Below, in pieces: positions 1 through 11,894 of a stretch of DNA of 64,000 bases; the stretch's first letter is position 1; each line of letters starts with the position of its first letter. The position numbers and the translations under genes are program-made. The DNA comes from the human T2T-CHM13v2.0 reference genome, Homo sapiens: assembly GCF_009914755.1 (NCBI RefSeq), contig NC_060927.1; one strand, written 5' to 3'. Below the pieces are notes generated by a model. That model saw only the letters and a program-made list of their open reading frames with translations, was not told the origin of the DNA and searched no databases.

Positions 1-331
1 TCTGCTGCTGCTCTGGATCTGAACTGTTCCCTCTGGGACGGTTTCCATGGGAAGGGAGGCTGGAGTGGCTAGGATCTCTAGGCTCTTTACCACTAAGGGA
101 CCAGCAGGGAAAACATACTGCAGGCACTCAGGGCACGAGAAGACAGTGGCTAATGGCTCAGAAGAGTTTCTGAGACCAGGCCTGGGGTCTGCCTTACATC
201 GCTTAGTTGAGTGAATTGTTTGTAAGTGGCTGTTGATGGCTCTGGGTTTAAACCCCATGCAAGCCCAAGAACAGCTGCCCCCAACTGACTTAACCTCAGT
301 TTCCCTGAGGCTGGAGCAGCCACAGACCTCC

Positions 332-514
332 CAACGCCAAACCTGCTGAGACCCTGAAGCCCATGGGCAGCGCCAAGCCTGATGAGAACCTGAAATCCAC
401 TAGCAAAGAAGAACTCAAGAAAGATATTAAGAATGATGCGAACTGCAAGAGAGGCCATGCAGGGACCACAGATAATGAAAAGAGATCAGAGAGCCAGGGG
501 ACAGCCCCAACCTT
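332..514 (+). pseudogene. Inverted partial duplicate of MYLK exon 18 (copy of 2307-2489) in intron 18
   Basis: Manual alignment to the reverse complement of 2307-2489: 174/183 identical, no gaps. Confidence 0.95.
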
Positions 515-1524
515 GTCCTGAGGATGGTGGATGCCACCCTGCATCCTGCCTGGAGAGATCACCGTAGGGTGACCTGGGAAATGTTCCCAGTCAGGGTTTC
601 CAATCAGTTTTACCAAGGACTTTCCAAGTGGGAGAGCCCCACAGGGGCGGCAGGACAGGTTGTGGCGTCTGCTCCTCTGAAGTCTCACCCCAGCCCAATA
701 ATCCCCCATGCCTCAGGGGAGGGGGGCTGAGCCAGCAGAGGTGGGGGATGGAGGAGACGACTTCTGGAGGACCCTGCCAATCTGAGGACATCCACATGGA
801 AAAGTTACTGCGTCAACACATTAGCAGAAAATAACATGTTTCTCTCTGCCAGCCAGTGTCCCCTTCACTCTTTCAGCACTGAGATTCAATATACTCAGCT
901 GCTCCAGGTGTGCTGTCCCAGATGTAGAGGGAAGACAGACCCTTACCGGGGGCTGAGAGGGATTCTGTGATCTTCAAATGCTCCATTCTGCTTGTGAGGG
1001 GAAGGCAGGCACGATAAAAGGTGAGGGAGGGAGTGGGGAGGGTGCTGCCAGGGGCCAGGGAGGGGAGCAGCCCACAGGAAGAGCACTCTGACACCTCAGC
1101 TGACTCAGATTTGACAGGACCTGTCCACTCCGGCTTCTTCTGTGGCTGCCCTCTGCCCCTCAAGGGTGAAATGTCACTTCCTGGGAGCTTCTTTGTACCC
1201 TACCCTGTCTGGAGCCACCAGCATCAGCTCAGGCAGGACTCTGTTCTGTGCTGGCAACCTATCCCTCCGCTGGCTGCCAGAATGGGGTGTGGAGGTCGGC
1301 CGGCCTCAGAGCTCCCACCCAGACTTGGGATTTACAAAAGCACTTCAAACCAAATTGAGGGTCCAGAGAAAATACTCCTGTGTCACCCCCATCTCTTCTC
1401 CAAGTATAAACTGGCTCCTCTGAAAACTCCAGACCCCAAAAGTCCACACAGATGGAAGGATTTGGGGCCCCCCTCCTCTCCCCACCATCCAAGAATGTGA
1501 AATACCAGCAAACAAAAGTCTCAT

Positions 1525-1534
1525 CCAAATTAGG
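1525..1534. promoter_or_regulatory. Intronic CArG box CCAAATTAGG (candidate SRF site)
   Basis: Exact CC(A/T)6GG match in the first intron of the smMLCK transcript. Confidence 0.5.
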
Positions 1535-2157
1535 AAGCGAGTAGCTCTGTCTGCCCGTGAGTGTGTGCTGTAGGGGCTGTTTTGGGATTTTGGGTTTCCC
1601 GACAGATCCCTTCAAACCCACAGTGCTATCAAGACTGAAGTTATTGTTGACCCCAACTCAGAGCTCCGTGCCATCTGGTCACTGCACACCGTTCCCCAAA
1701 CCTAAGATGCTTCTCTAAACAGCTCTTTACTCAGAGCTTCTCCCTGGCTCCAGCCTCTGTGTCCCCCACCTCCAAGCCTGTAGACAGAGCCCTCTCCATG
1801 CCGGAGCTTGGAATTAACTCAGGCTCAGGTCTCCTCTGGGGAGCCACAGGTGGCGGTGCCATGAGAGGGCTCTGCCAGATGGGTGCCGAGATGTGGGCAT
1901 GTGCCACAAGGACCAGGATCCCAGCCCTTAGCCCCAGCCTTGGTGCATGTACCCAAGGCCCCTGAGCCGGGACCTATCCTTGAGTTAGCAGGAAACAGGG
2001 ACGCGGCCCTCCTACCCAGCAGGCCCTCCTACCTGCTAAACCAGGTTAGCAGCCTACCTATGGGCTGCTAACAGGGGTCAGCGAGACCAACGCTCCATGA
2101 GCTAGGAGTGGCCCTGGTACAGAGGCCCCTTCTTCCCCAACCCCCATGCTCATTTAC

Positions 2158-3143
2158 CTTCCTGGGAGAGGATGATGAACTTGGTGGTCTTGAGGGTCTT
2201 TCCATTCAGCGTCCAGATGATGGTGGCTGGGGGGTCAGAAGACACCTGGCACTGGAGCAGCAGCTTCTTGCCCTCTGCCACATGAACATCTTGCAGCTTC
2301 TGCTTGAAGGCTGGGGCTGTCCCCTGGCTCTCTGATCTCTTTTCATTATCTGTGGTCCCTGCATGGCCTCTCTTGCAGTTCACATCATTCTTAACGTCTT
2401 TCTTGAGTTCTTCTTTGCTAGCGGATTTCAGGTTCTCATCAGGCTTGGCATTGCCCATGGGCTTCAGGGTCTCGGCAGGCTTGGCGTTGCCCATTGGCTT
2501 CAGGGTCTCAGCAGGCTTGGCGTTGCCCACGGGTTTCAAGGGCCCTGAAGGCTGTGCATTGCTCAGGGGCTTGGAACTCTCCACTGCCTTGGCATTCAGG
2601 GTCTCGGCACTGCTGCTGCCATTCTCTGCTGGTAATTTCTTCTTGCCACCCAGCACTGAGCGAAAATCCGGGGTGGCAGGTTTTGGCGGTGGCACCTTCT
2701 CAGGCACGGGGGTCTTGGAAGTCCCCTTCTTGGCCAGGACAGAGCGAAAATCGACCTGCTGGGGGCTGTGCACCTTCCTCTCTTCCTCAGACACAGTCTT
2801 TGGCTTCACTTGCCGCTGCAGGTTGGCACGGAAATCCATCTGCTCGGCTGGGATCTCCTTCAGGTCGTCTTCCGATAGGGTCTTTGTACTCACCTTCTTC
2901 CCCAGGAGGTCTCGGAAGTCCAGCTGCTCCACCTCCTGCTGGCGGATCGCCTCCTCAGTGTGCTGCCTCGTCTCCACGCGCCTCTTCAGCACCCCTCGCA
3001 CGTCCTCGCCGTCTTCCTCCTCTAGCCAACCCTGCCCTCTTGCTGGCCAGCCAGGCCTCAGGGACCCATAGCGGTCACTACCACCACCATCAGCACCAAC
3101 TCCTCCACCACAGAGGTCCTCGCAGCTGGCAGGCTCCCTCCCC
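2158..3143 (-). CDS. MYLK: MYLK exon 18 (986 bp): DFRxxL actin-binding motifs, 12-aa repeats, start of an Ig domain; contains the smMLCK ATG (Met923, 2837-2839)
   Basis: Translates GREPASCEDL...DFRDLL...MDFRANLQ...KFIILSQE; ttgcag acceptor and gtaaat donor; phase matches exon 17. Confidence 0.98.
2423..2605 (-). repeat. MYLK: Coding 36-bp (12-aa) tandem repeats, e.g. GNAKPAETLKPM
   Basis: Three near-identical and two degenerate units visible in DNA and protein. Confidence 0.9.
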
Positions 3144-3283
3144 CTGCAACCAGTGTAGGGAAAAAGGAAAGTAGCAGGAGGAAAAGGGGCTGGGTAAGAA
3201 AGAAACTTCAGGGGAGAGCAAATCCCTGAGGGTGGGAGGGTAGAGGGGAGCGGGAGGGGATGGGGGAGGCCGGCCAGGCTGTG

Positions 3284-3289
3284 TTTATA
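3284..3289 (-). promoter_or_regulatory. TATA box (TATAAA) of the smMLCK internal promoter
   Basis: TATAAA on the minus strand, about 70 bp downstream of the CArG box and upstream of exon 18. Confidence 0.6.
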
Positions 3290-3357
3290 GATGGGAACAT
3301 TGGTGAGAGGCGCTCGCTTGCTTAGTTGGTTTATTACATCGGTAATGACTTCAGTAG

Positions 3358-3367
3358 CCTTATAAGG
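3358..3367. promoter_or_regulatory. CArG box CCTTATAAGG of the smMLCK promoter
   Basis: Perfect palindromic CC(A/T)6GG; smMLCK is known to use an SRF-dependent internal promoter upstream of the Met923 exon. Confidence 0.8.
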
Positions 3368-3375
3368 GTGTGTGC

Positions 3376-3397
3376 AAAAAAAAAAAAAAAAAAAAAA
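3376..3397. repeat. A22 homopolymer next to the CArG box
   Basis: 22 consecutive A with no adjacent Alu body. Confidence 0.95.
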
Positions 3398-3577
3398 TCA
3401 CCCCCTCCTTCCCCTGCTCTCCCTCCCTCATTCCCCTTCCAGGCTCTCCCTTCTGGCTTTGGCAGCCTCAGCTGCAGGACACAAACAATCTAGGGCTGCT
3501 GGGCTGGAGCTGCCGGGGCCAGGAGGAAGGTGGGGATGGGGGCATGGCCTGGAGGGGCAGCTCCTGGGGGCACTCAC

Positions 3578-3649
3578 CGTGGAAGGGCTCTGGCAGAGCT
3601 GTTCTGTAGCATCAGTGACACCTGGCAACTGCATTCGCCAACCCGGTTC
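3578..3649 (-). CDS. MYLK: MYLK exon 17 (72 bp)
   Basis: Translates NRVGECSCQVSLMLQNSSARALP; ttcag acceptor and gtgagt donor. Confidence 0.96.
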
Positions 3650-4847
3650 CTGAAGAATTCCAAAGATCAATAAAGATCAAGAGGCCCTCTGGGCAAAGGG
3701 CCTGTTCAGTGTGGACTTGATCACAGGCTGCTGGCCAGCGGGGAAGATGGAAGTCGCCGGCTTGACTGAGACATTCACCCCAGCCTTAGATTTAGGGCAG
3801 GACCCTCTCACTGTGTGGTCACCCTTTATTTTCTCAGCTCTTATTTAAAAAGAAGAAGAAAAAAAGAATGTCTGGACAACAGCTAAGGCAGGCATCCAGA
3901 AATAGGAACACTTTTCTGTAAGTATATAATATAATCATTCAATCAATCACTCACTCACTCAACCAATAAAAGGGGAAGGAGAAAGGCTAACCCTGCTGGG
4001 AACTGTGATGTAGCAGGTTGGTCTAGACAGATAGGCCCTGGTGGTGGGCCTGCCCAGTGACCTTGACTCTGACTCCATGATCCCTTAACACAGAAGTAGT
4101 TCCTTTCCCTCTCTTGCTCGGGAATGGAAGCACCCTTAACCCCCACTCATTGATAATGCTCTCAGATCAGAACTTTTTGTGTTAAAAACCCAACAAGTGT
4201 TTTCCTACATGAGTGGCCCTTTCTCTTCTTCCTTCAGGTGGGGAGGGCTCTGGATTCTTCATGTCCATAAACCTGGTCAGTCTCCTGCTGGTGCACAGAG
4301 GCTCAGGCCCTCTGCTCAGGGGAGGGGCTGTACCCTGTCTGGCTACAGTGCAGTGGATTTGCAGCAGATTGTCCCTCCAACCCCATAAGGCTGCCACCTG
4401 CTGGCATTTCTGAGCTCTGACCAGACAAGAAGGTTCTGCTCAGGCTAGGGGAAGGGGTGGGGGCAGGTCTGCGAGCCAGAGGTGACTAGTGATGGTTGTA
4501 ACAACTGCATTTCATACAGCACCCTCCAGCTTTCATGACACCCACACGCAGTTCTTTCTTGATATCCACAGCATGCCAGAGAGGTATAGAGTACTGCCAT
4601 GCCCAATTTAAAGATAAGGAAAGGGGGCTCTGGGGTGGGACCCTCAGGGTCTCTGACAACAGTGCTCCCACTCATGCCCCTGGATGTGGCCGTCTCACTA
4701 GCACTCAGACCCAATAGCAGATGTGCCAAGCTCTGTGACAGATTCTTTACATGAGCCATCTCATTTAATCTTAGAACAGCTCTGTGAGATTAGAGTCACC
4801 ACTGTTTTTATAAGGTAAGAAATATGAGGCTTATAAAGGTAAAGTAG

Positions 4848-4975
4848 TCCAGGCACAGTGGTTCATGCCTGTAATCCCAGCACTTTGGGAGGCTGAAGTG
4901 GGAGGATTGCTTGAGCTCGCACGTTTGACACCAGCTTGGGCAACATAGCAAGACCTTACCTCTATTAAAAAATAT
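4848..4975 (+). mobile_element. Alu left monomer (FLAM-like) inserted in a MIR
   Basis: GCCTGTAATCCCAGCACTTTGGGAGG...GGGCAACATAGCAAGACC, monomer length. Confidence 0.8.
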
Positions 4976-6761
4976 AATACTGAAGGTCAAGGTTAAGTAA
5001 TTTGCCTAAACACACAGAGCTTGCTAGTGGAGGGAGGGGTTGGGACCTGTGACCCTATGACCTTTGCACTCTACCCTACTGTGCTTATCAGTACAAATCT
5101 GGTCTGGGACATGTGTGTGTTCATGCACATATGTAGTTATCAACCATACACATGATGTACACATATACTGGTCTAGCTGGCAGGCACCTGCACCTGGAGG
5201 TCTGTGTTTGGGAATATGTGCACATATGAGTTACATCCACCTGGACAGGCATCTGAGCATGCGTTCTTGTGTATTCTGCTGGCGTGTGTGGGTCTCCACC
5301 TCACTCTGCCTGGCCTCCCTCCCAGTGGACAGACACTGGTAGCCCATGGCCTGGCCCAGGATTCTCAGGGGCTCTGGGGCGCTGCTCACCCTTGGGTGCT
5401 GGCACCCATTTGAAGCAAGGAGAAGCCAATCGTTGCTATCCTCCAGCCCTCCTCCCGCCTGCTGGGCTCCTCTCCTTTGTCCTTCTCTCCAGTGCCCTCG
5501 TGCTGTCCCAGGCTGTGCTGGTGCAGGTGCCTTCCTGACTGCCTTAGCTCTTTCACTCCTCTCTCCTCCCTGGCCATGTATCCCATAGCCTGTCCCCTCC
5601 CAGCCACCCTCCTCAATGCTCAGACTGTCAGAGGGCACAGATTCAAGGTGCAGGGAGTCTCAAGTCTGGAGAATTTTGAGTTCAGGTTGTTCCTTTGCTC
5701 AACAAACAGCAATTAGAAACCTCATGGGTGCCAGGCCCTGGGAGAACGAAGAGGTCCTCAGCGTGCCCCGAGTTCTCAACACTTAAAAAGGCTTATGGAC
5801 TTTGGGTGAGCTTGTAGAATAACTGTGTGAGGTCACCCTGCTTCTGCCAGGCTGCTGGCCAGTGTCAGGCCACTCTTTTCCTACCTTTAAGCACAGCCTT
5901 GTGGTGCCTGGGTTGACATGGAGCAGGAAGATGAGATGCCCAAGGGCTGTGTTTGCCTGGCAGCCCTTTCAGCATCTCCTCAGCAGAGTTTCCTCCTGTC
6001 ACCAGTAGAACACAGCCCAGATGCAAACATCAGGAGCAGACACTGCCCAGATGGCGGCTTTACCCCAGCTGGACTCCTCTGAGGCTTTGGTGGTGGACAG
6101 CCCTGTGCCGCAAGCTGGAGTAAGCCGATTCTCCCCATGGGGGAAGCAGGTAAGGGCTTCTGTCACTTTCCATGACCTGTGCTCAAGGTGGGGAGCACAG
6201 ACTCAGACAAGCCTCTCAAGGGCTCCTGTCCAATCCAGCCCCAGGCCTTACCCTGTGGCCCCCAGCAGTCTAAGGGGTCAGAGAAAGGTGGAGGACTTGG
6301 GATACAAAGGCTGACGCATTAAGTGGATCACCTGGTGGCAGGGCAATAGCAGTAACTATTCCTACAGCCATACCCTTAAATCTCTGCTGGGCCTTTAAAG
6401 CAAACCATGGGTTCATTTGCAGCCTATAAAGTTCATAGTGGCCTCCTGCCTGGGACCCACATGTCAGATCACCTAAGCTGCTGGAACAGGGTCTTGGGGC
6501 CATCTTTGACATCTGCACATAACCAGTTACAAAATCAGGGCCGGGGCTGAAGATGAGGCCCCATCCCAGGAGCTGCCACAGAGCATATGGGGCTATCATC
6601 CTATAAACTGAACCTTTCACAAAGAGTCCTTTTGCCTTGGCTTACTAAGCTCTGAATAAGAGTTCCACTCTGGTTACAAAGCCTTGGATCCTGTCCCACC
6701 CTGAATCATCTACCTCTTGGATGGGTTCTATATGGAAAAATTACTTTAAAGAACTAATTTC

Positions 6762-7178
<417 letters not shown>

Positions 7179-8862
7179 CTAGGAAGGGAAGAGAGGCAGA
7201 AACTACCCACCCATACCTGCCTCACAATCCTAGCAGGGACAGGCAGGATCTGCCCACCCCTCTACCCCCTGCACACCGGACCCCCGGCTTCCTCCCAGCC
7301 ATCCAGTCATTCCCCTCGAAAGGCACCCTGCTCTACGTCTAGGTTGCTGGAGGAGTGAGGTCTCTGGCAGGCCTGCCACGTACCCTCAGGAAACTCTCCA
7401 CTGACTTGCTTCTTCTCAGGTGGGGAAAAAGCCAAGGCCAGGGCAGTGGCCTCCGAAAGGAATGAAGAGGCTGGACTTTGGGGAAGAAAAAGAGGCAAAG
7501 GCTGCAGGCTGGAGGCTCCAGTGTGGTTTCCCAGGTCCTTCCAGTTCCCTGTGCACTTGGGAGAAACTCCCCAAGCAGAGCCATAAGGAATGGAAGAGCA
7601 TCTGATTTAAGTCAAAAGATGAGGGCTTGAACTTGGGCTCTGTTACTTGCCTTTGGATGGCCACAAGCAAGTCCACGACCCTGAGACCTCAGTGTCCCCC
7701 GTTATTAAATGACGATGAGGCTGGATAACTTCTGAAGCCCCTTCCTGCTGGGACAGTCTAAATTTTATGACTGTCCCCAGCTGGCCCCAGACAGTCTGCC
7801 TGCCGACCTCCTGGTGCACGCCTCCTCTCTGGCCTGGCAAACTTCCCACAGCCCTTTGCTTGGCTCTGCCCCCACCCCACCCTTTCTTGCTCGGCCTACT
7901 CAACAGCTAAGCCTTATCACATTTGCCAAGACTCAGCCTTCCTTTTCCATCAAAATCCCCAAACAAGCTCATCTCCTCTAGGATGTCTGGCTTGAGTAAT
8001 GTAAGTATTATCTCAAAGTGCTACTCCTTCTATACTGACGAGATCATCAGCAGGTATTTTTACACATCATCGGTTTCCATTCTTTGTACTGACCTAGGGG
8101 GTAAGCGTGTACCTTCTCCCCATTTTGGAGGCAGAGTGGCCTTCCTGGTAATAACTAGTTCAAGCATAATGCAAAGGCAGTTGATGCATTCTGAGTGTAC
8201 CGCTAATAATAGTAGGGGGACCAGCAGCTCACAAGCATCCCATCACTTGACCACAACAGACATGTCATTGAGCTCAGCTGAGATTAGCCTTGCCTAAATC
8301 AGCAGAACTTTATAGGAGACCCAAAGACTCCTAAGAAATAATGAAACTGCTTTAAAAATAAACGAGCTATTTTTAATAGTTATTAAGTATTGGGGTGGTT
8401 CGTTATGCAGCAAAAGATAACTGATTCAGGTATAAAGCACATGGTCACAAAGGACCTAAGGGGATGGGGTACATATTGGGTTTTGCAGTAGCCTTGGCAT
8501 TTAGCTCTAGAGCTTATTTGTAGCTCAGAGCTGTGAACATGATGGGCTCAGCATGGGGAGATGATAAAGTACAGGCGAGAAAGCCCCTTGCAAAGTGGTC
8601 AGGCACCCGGGCCAGGACAGGTCTAACCATCCTCAGGATGTGGCACGACCTCCTATTTGTAGGTTAGGTGCAAACAAATGCTCTTCTTCGATGCTTACAC
8701 CAACCCCAGGACCCACAGAAGGCATTCTGTCTCCATCAATCCAGGGCTGGCATAGGATTTTAAGAGACAGGGCATTTTCAAGGTAAAAGAGCATTTCTGA
8801 ATCACATTCATCTAATAAATAGCTACCCAATGTCGACTATGGGCTCTCCACTGTTCCAGGCC

Positions 8863-8958
8863 TGGAAATGTAGCAGTGTGCCTCATGGAAATGTAGCAGT
8901 GTGCCTCATGGAAATGTAGCAGTGTGCCTCATGGAAATGTAGCAGTGTGCCTCATGGA
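8863..8958. repeat. 23-bp minisatellite TGGAAATGTAGCAGTGTGCCTCA x4.2
   Basis: Four identical copies. Confidence 0.97.
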
Positions 8959-9030
8959 GCTGACCTTCCCATGTAACCTAGCAAGCCCTTGAAAAGGAGA
9001 GAAAAAAGTAATGGGGAAAGGTAACCTCCC

Positions 9031-9569
9031 TGTGGTAGTTTTAAAATGTCTGCAAATTCTTCTCTCCAAGAGGTGGAACTGAATTTACCTCCCCTTGAGT
9101 ACGGGCTGTACTTAGTGACTCACTTCTAACAAAGTCGGAAGTGATGGCGTGTGGCTTCCAAGGGTAGGTCTTAAAAGACACTGCAAGCTCTGACCTGGGC
9201 TCCCTCTTCGATCACTAGCTCTGGGGAAGCCAGCTGCCATGCTAAAAAAGACACTCAAGCAGCCCCACGGAGAGGTCCACAACGCAAGGAGCTGAGTCCT
9301 CCCACCAACAGCCAGTGAGGAGCCGAGGCCTCCCACCTACAACCAGTGAGGAGCTGAGGCCTCCTGCCACAGTCACGGGAGTGAGCCTTGGAAGCAGATC
9401 CTCCAGTGTCAGTCAGGCCTTCAGAAACTGCAGCCCCTGCTGACATCTTGACTGAAACTTCAAAATCATCCAGCTAAGCTGCTTCCAAATTCCCAGCTGG
9501 GAGATGATAAATGTTTCAAGCTGCTAAGTTTCAGGGTAATTTGTTACACAGCAACAGATAACAAATGCA
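9031..9569 (+). mobile_element. MaLR solo LTR (MLT1F-like)
   Basis: TGTGGTAG start and GGTAATTTGTTACACAGCAACAGATAAC end typical of MLT1. Confidence 0.75.
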
Positions 9570-9892
9570 TTCCCCCTATCCCCCTGCTTTTCCAACTTTG
9601 ATCCATTCCTCCTTCCTTCATACTCACCATACACCACATAATGGGGGAACAAGGATGTAACAAGACAGGATTCTGGGGAACTGAGCTCAAAAGGGAAAGT
9701 TCTAATGAACATTTGCTATACTGAAGTGGAAGAAGCAAAAGCTTGTGAGCAGCACTGAGCCCGCACTTGCTTTACCTGGAAGTCCAAGCCCCACATCAGT
9801 TTGTGCTTCTTCTGGCTGCCCAGACCCAGGTTAGGGGAGCTAGGAATTTGGAGGGAAGGGTTAAGGGAGGCTGGCTGGACATGCAGACTCAC

Positions 9893-10142
9893 TTGAGCAG
9901 GATCTCATACTGGCCGGCATGCCAGGGCTGCACCTTCTTTAGAACCAGGGTGAACACGTCCTCATTCTGAAGCACCTCGAAGTGGCCAGTGTCTTTGCAG
10001 AGGGCTTTGCCATCTCTGAGCCAGTGCACGGTAGGAAAGGGGTCACCAGCTATGGCGCAGGAGATGAGGACACTCTGGCCCAGGGAGGCTGTCACTGAGC
10101 GAGGCTTACTGATGAACCAGGGCTGGGTGCCATCGTGAGGCT
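9893..10142 (-). CDS. MYLK: MYLK exon 16 (250 bp), Ig domain
   Basis: Translates EPHDGTQPWFISKPRSVTASLGQ...GQYEILL; AG/GT boundaries. Confidence 0.97.
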
Positions 10143-10836
10143 CTGGAAATTGGCAAAGGGCAGAGCTAAACAGGGATGTCCCTCAGCAGGCAGTGTCCAC
10201 TCAATTCTCCATGGAGGTGAAGGATGGGAAGATAGCATGTCACCCAAGTAACAGATTGTCCAGAAATCACTGTGATTGGATACACAAATGCAGCACACCC
10301 TTCTCATTGCACATCCATCTCGGATACATTCTCAGAGGATAATATTAACATGACTGTATATCCAATGTAAGGGGAGGTAGCCCAGAAGGCACGGGGCACC
10401 GAGCCAGGTGCTAATGATCTGTATCCAATGCGTGTGATTAAGAGTTGTCACTCACTTTATGTGTGCTTAACTTGCCTCTCCTCTTAAATATGTTATCTAA
10501 TGGCAAGGACCCTGTTAAGCCTATAACTCACCTCAAAATCTATCGCTGCCAAATTGTTAAGTGTATTACAGATTTCCCTCTTAGTACTCTATGCACCTTG
10601 GCACCAGTAACCCAGAGAGGGCAGGGACTTCAGAAAGCTGGGAAAGGCAGCCCCACTCAGTCAGAGCTTGTGATGTTGGACAGGGAGCTGGCCTCTGGGG
10701 CTGGGGTGGGACTGAGGGACGAGAGGGCCCTCAGTGGGAACAAAGTAGCCTCATGTGGTTTCCTTGCCTCCAAATCACTTTTGGAGGGGCTGCAGCAGCA
10801 TCTCCTTCCCACTCGCTCTGAGTGGGTCAGCCTCAC

Positions 10837-11034
10837 CTTGTACCGTGAGCACGGCCTGGGTGCGGACCTCTCCAGCGCTGTTCCAGGCCTCGCAGGTGTA
10901 CGTGCCCGTGTCCTCCGGGAACACTTCCTGGATACAAAGGCTGTGCTGAGTTCCTCTCTGTTCAAAGTGGAAGTCCTCTGACTCTTGGATCTCATTCCCA
11001 TTGTGCAGCCAGATGACTTCAGGGGGTGGATTCC
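10837..11034 (-). CDS. MYLK: MYLK exon 15 (198 bp), Ig domain
   Basis: Translates NPPPEVIWLHNG...DTGTYTCEAWN...LTVQ; AG/GT boundaries. Confidence 0.97.
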
Positions 11035-11273
11035 CTGAACCAGGAGGAGGGGAAGGGGGATTGGTTAGGGAGGTCCTCCCCGGCCATGCAGCAACTCTGC
11101 GCTGAATGCAGTGATATTGGATGAAACACTCCAACAACTCTCTATGCTTTCACTTCCCCATCAGTAAAATAGGAATTCAAACAGGATCTACCTCATGGGT
11201 TTGTTGGGAGGACCTTAAAATTTGAATAGTGCAACTGAGAACATCTTCTGAGATTTGGGAAGTTCTCACATAA

Positions 11274-11578
<305 letters not shown>

Positions 11579-11894
11579 CATAATCTGGTTTTGTACCAGT
11601 CTTCAAAACCTTCCAGCTACACTGGCCACACTATATTTTCAAATTAATCTTTCACTGCTCTAGCTCTATGGCCATCTTCTTCCTCTGGACCATTTAATCA
11701 TGAATCCAGAAAATCCTACCCAGAGAAGGCAGAAAAGAGAGGACAAGAGTCTCCATTTCTTTGGGTCCATCACCTGATGGTCCCATCTGATTTTCTGGTG
11801 GATCAAGGATCTGAGCGGGTCCTCGGAGAGCAATACCCATTGCAACCAAGACCATTTTCATGTTAATCCCCAAGAGAGAGCTGCAGAGACAGAC

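Noticed and set aside
244-255. Palindrome GGGTTTAAACCC near the inverted copy
   Set aside because: A 12-bp palindrome is expected by chance and is not at the junction
150-709. Minus-strand ORFs resembling the exon 18 antisense ORFs
   Set aside because: By-products of the inverted duplication, not a separate gene
2304-3174. Long plus-strand ORFs (255 aa and 226 aa) opposite exon 18
   Set aside because: Antisense shadows of a GC-rich, repetitive coding exon; no independent gene signals
8863-8958. CRISPR-like appearance of the 23-bp (and 36-bp) repeats
   Set aside because: Head-to-tail units with no spacers, in a eukaryotic intron
10445-11001. Overlapping 178-aa and 114-aa ORFs around exon 15
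   Set aside because: Alternative-frame and antisense shadows of the exon
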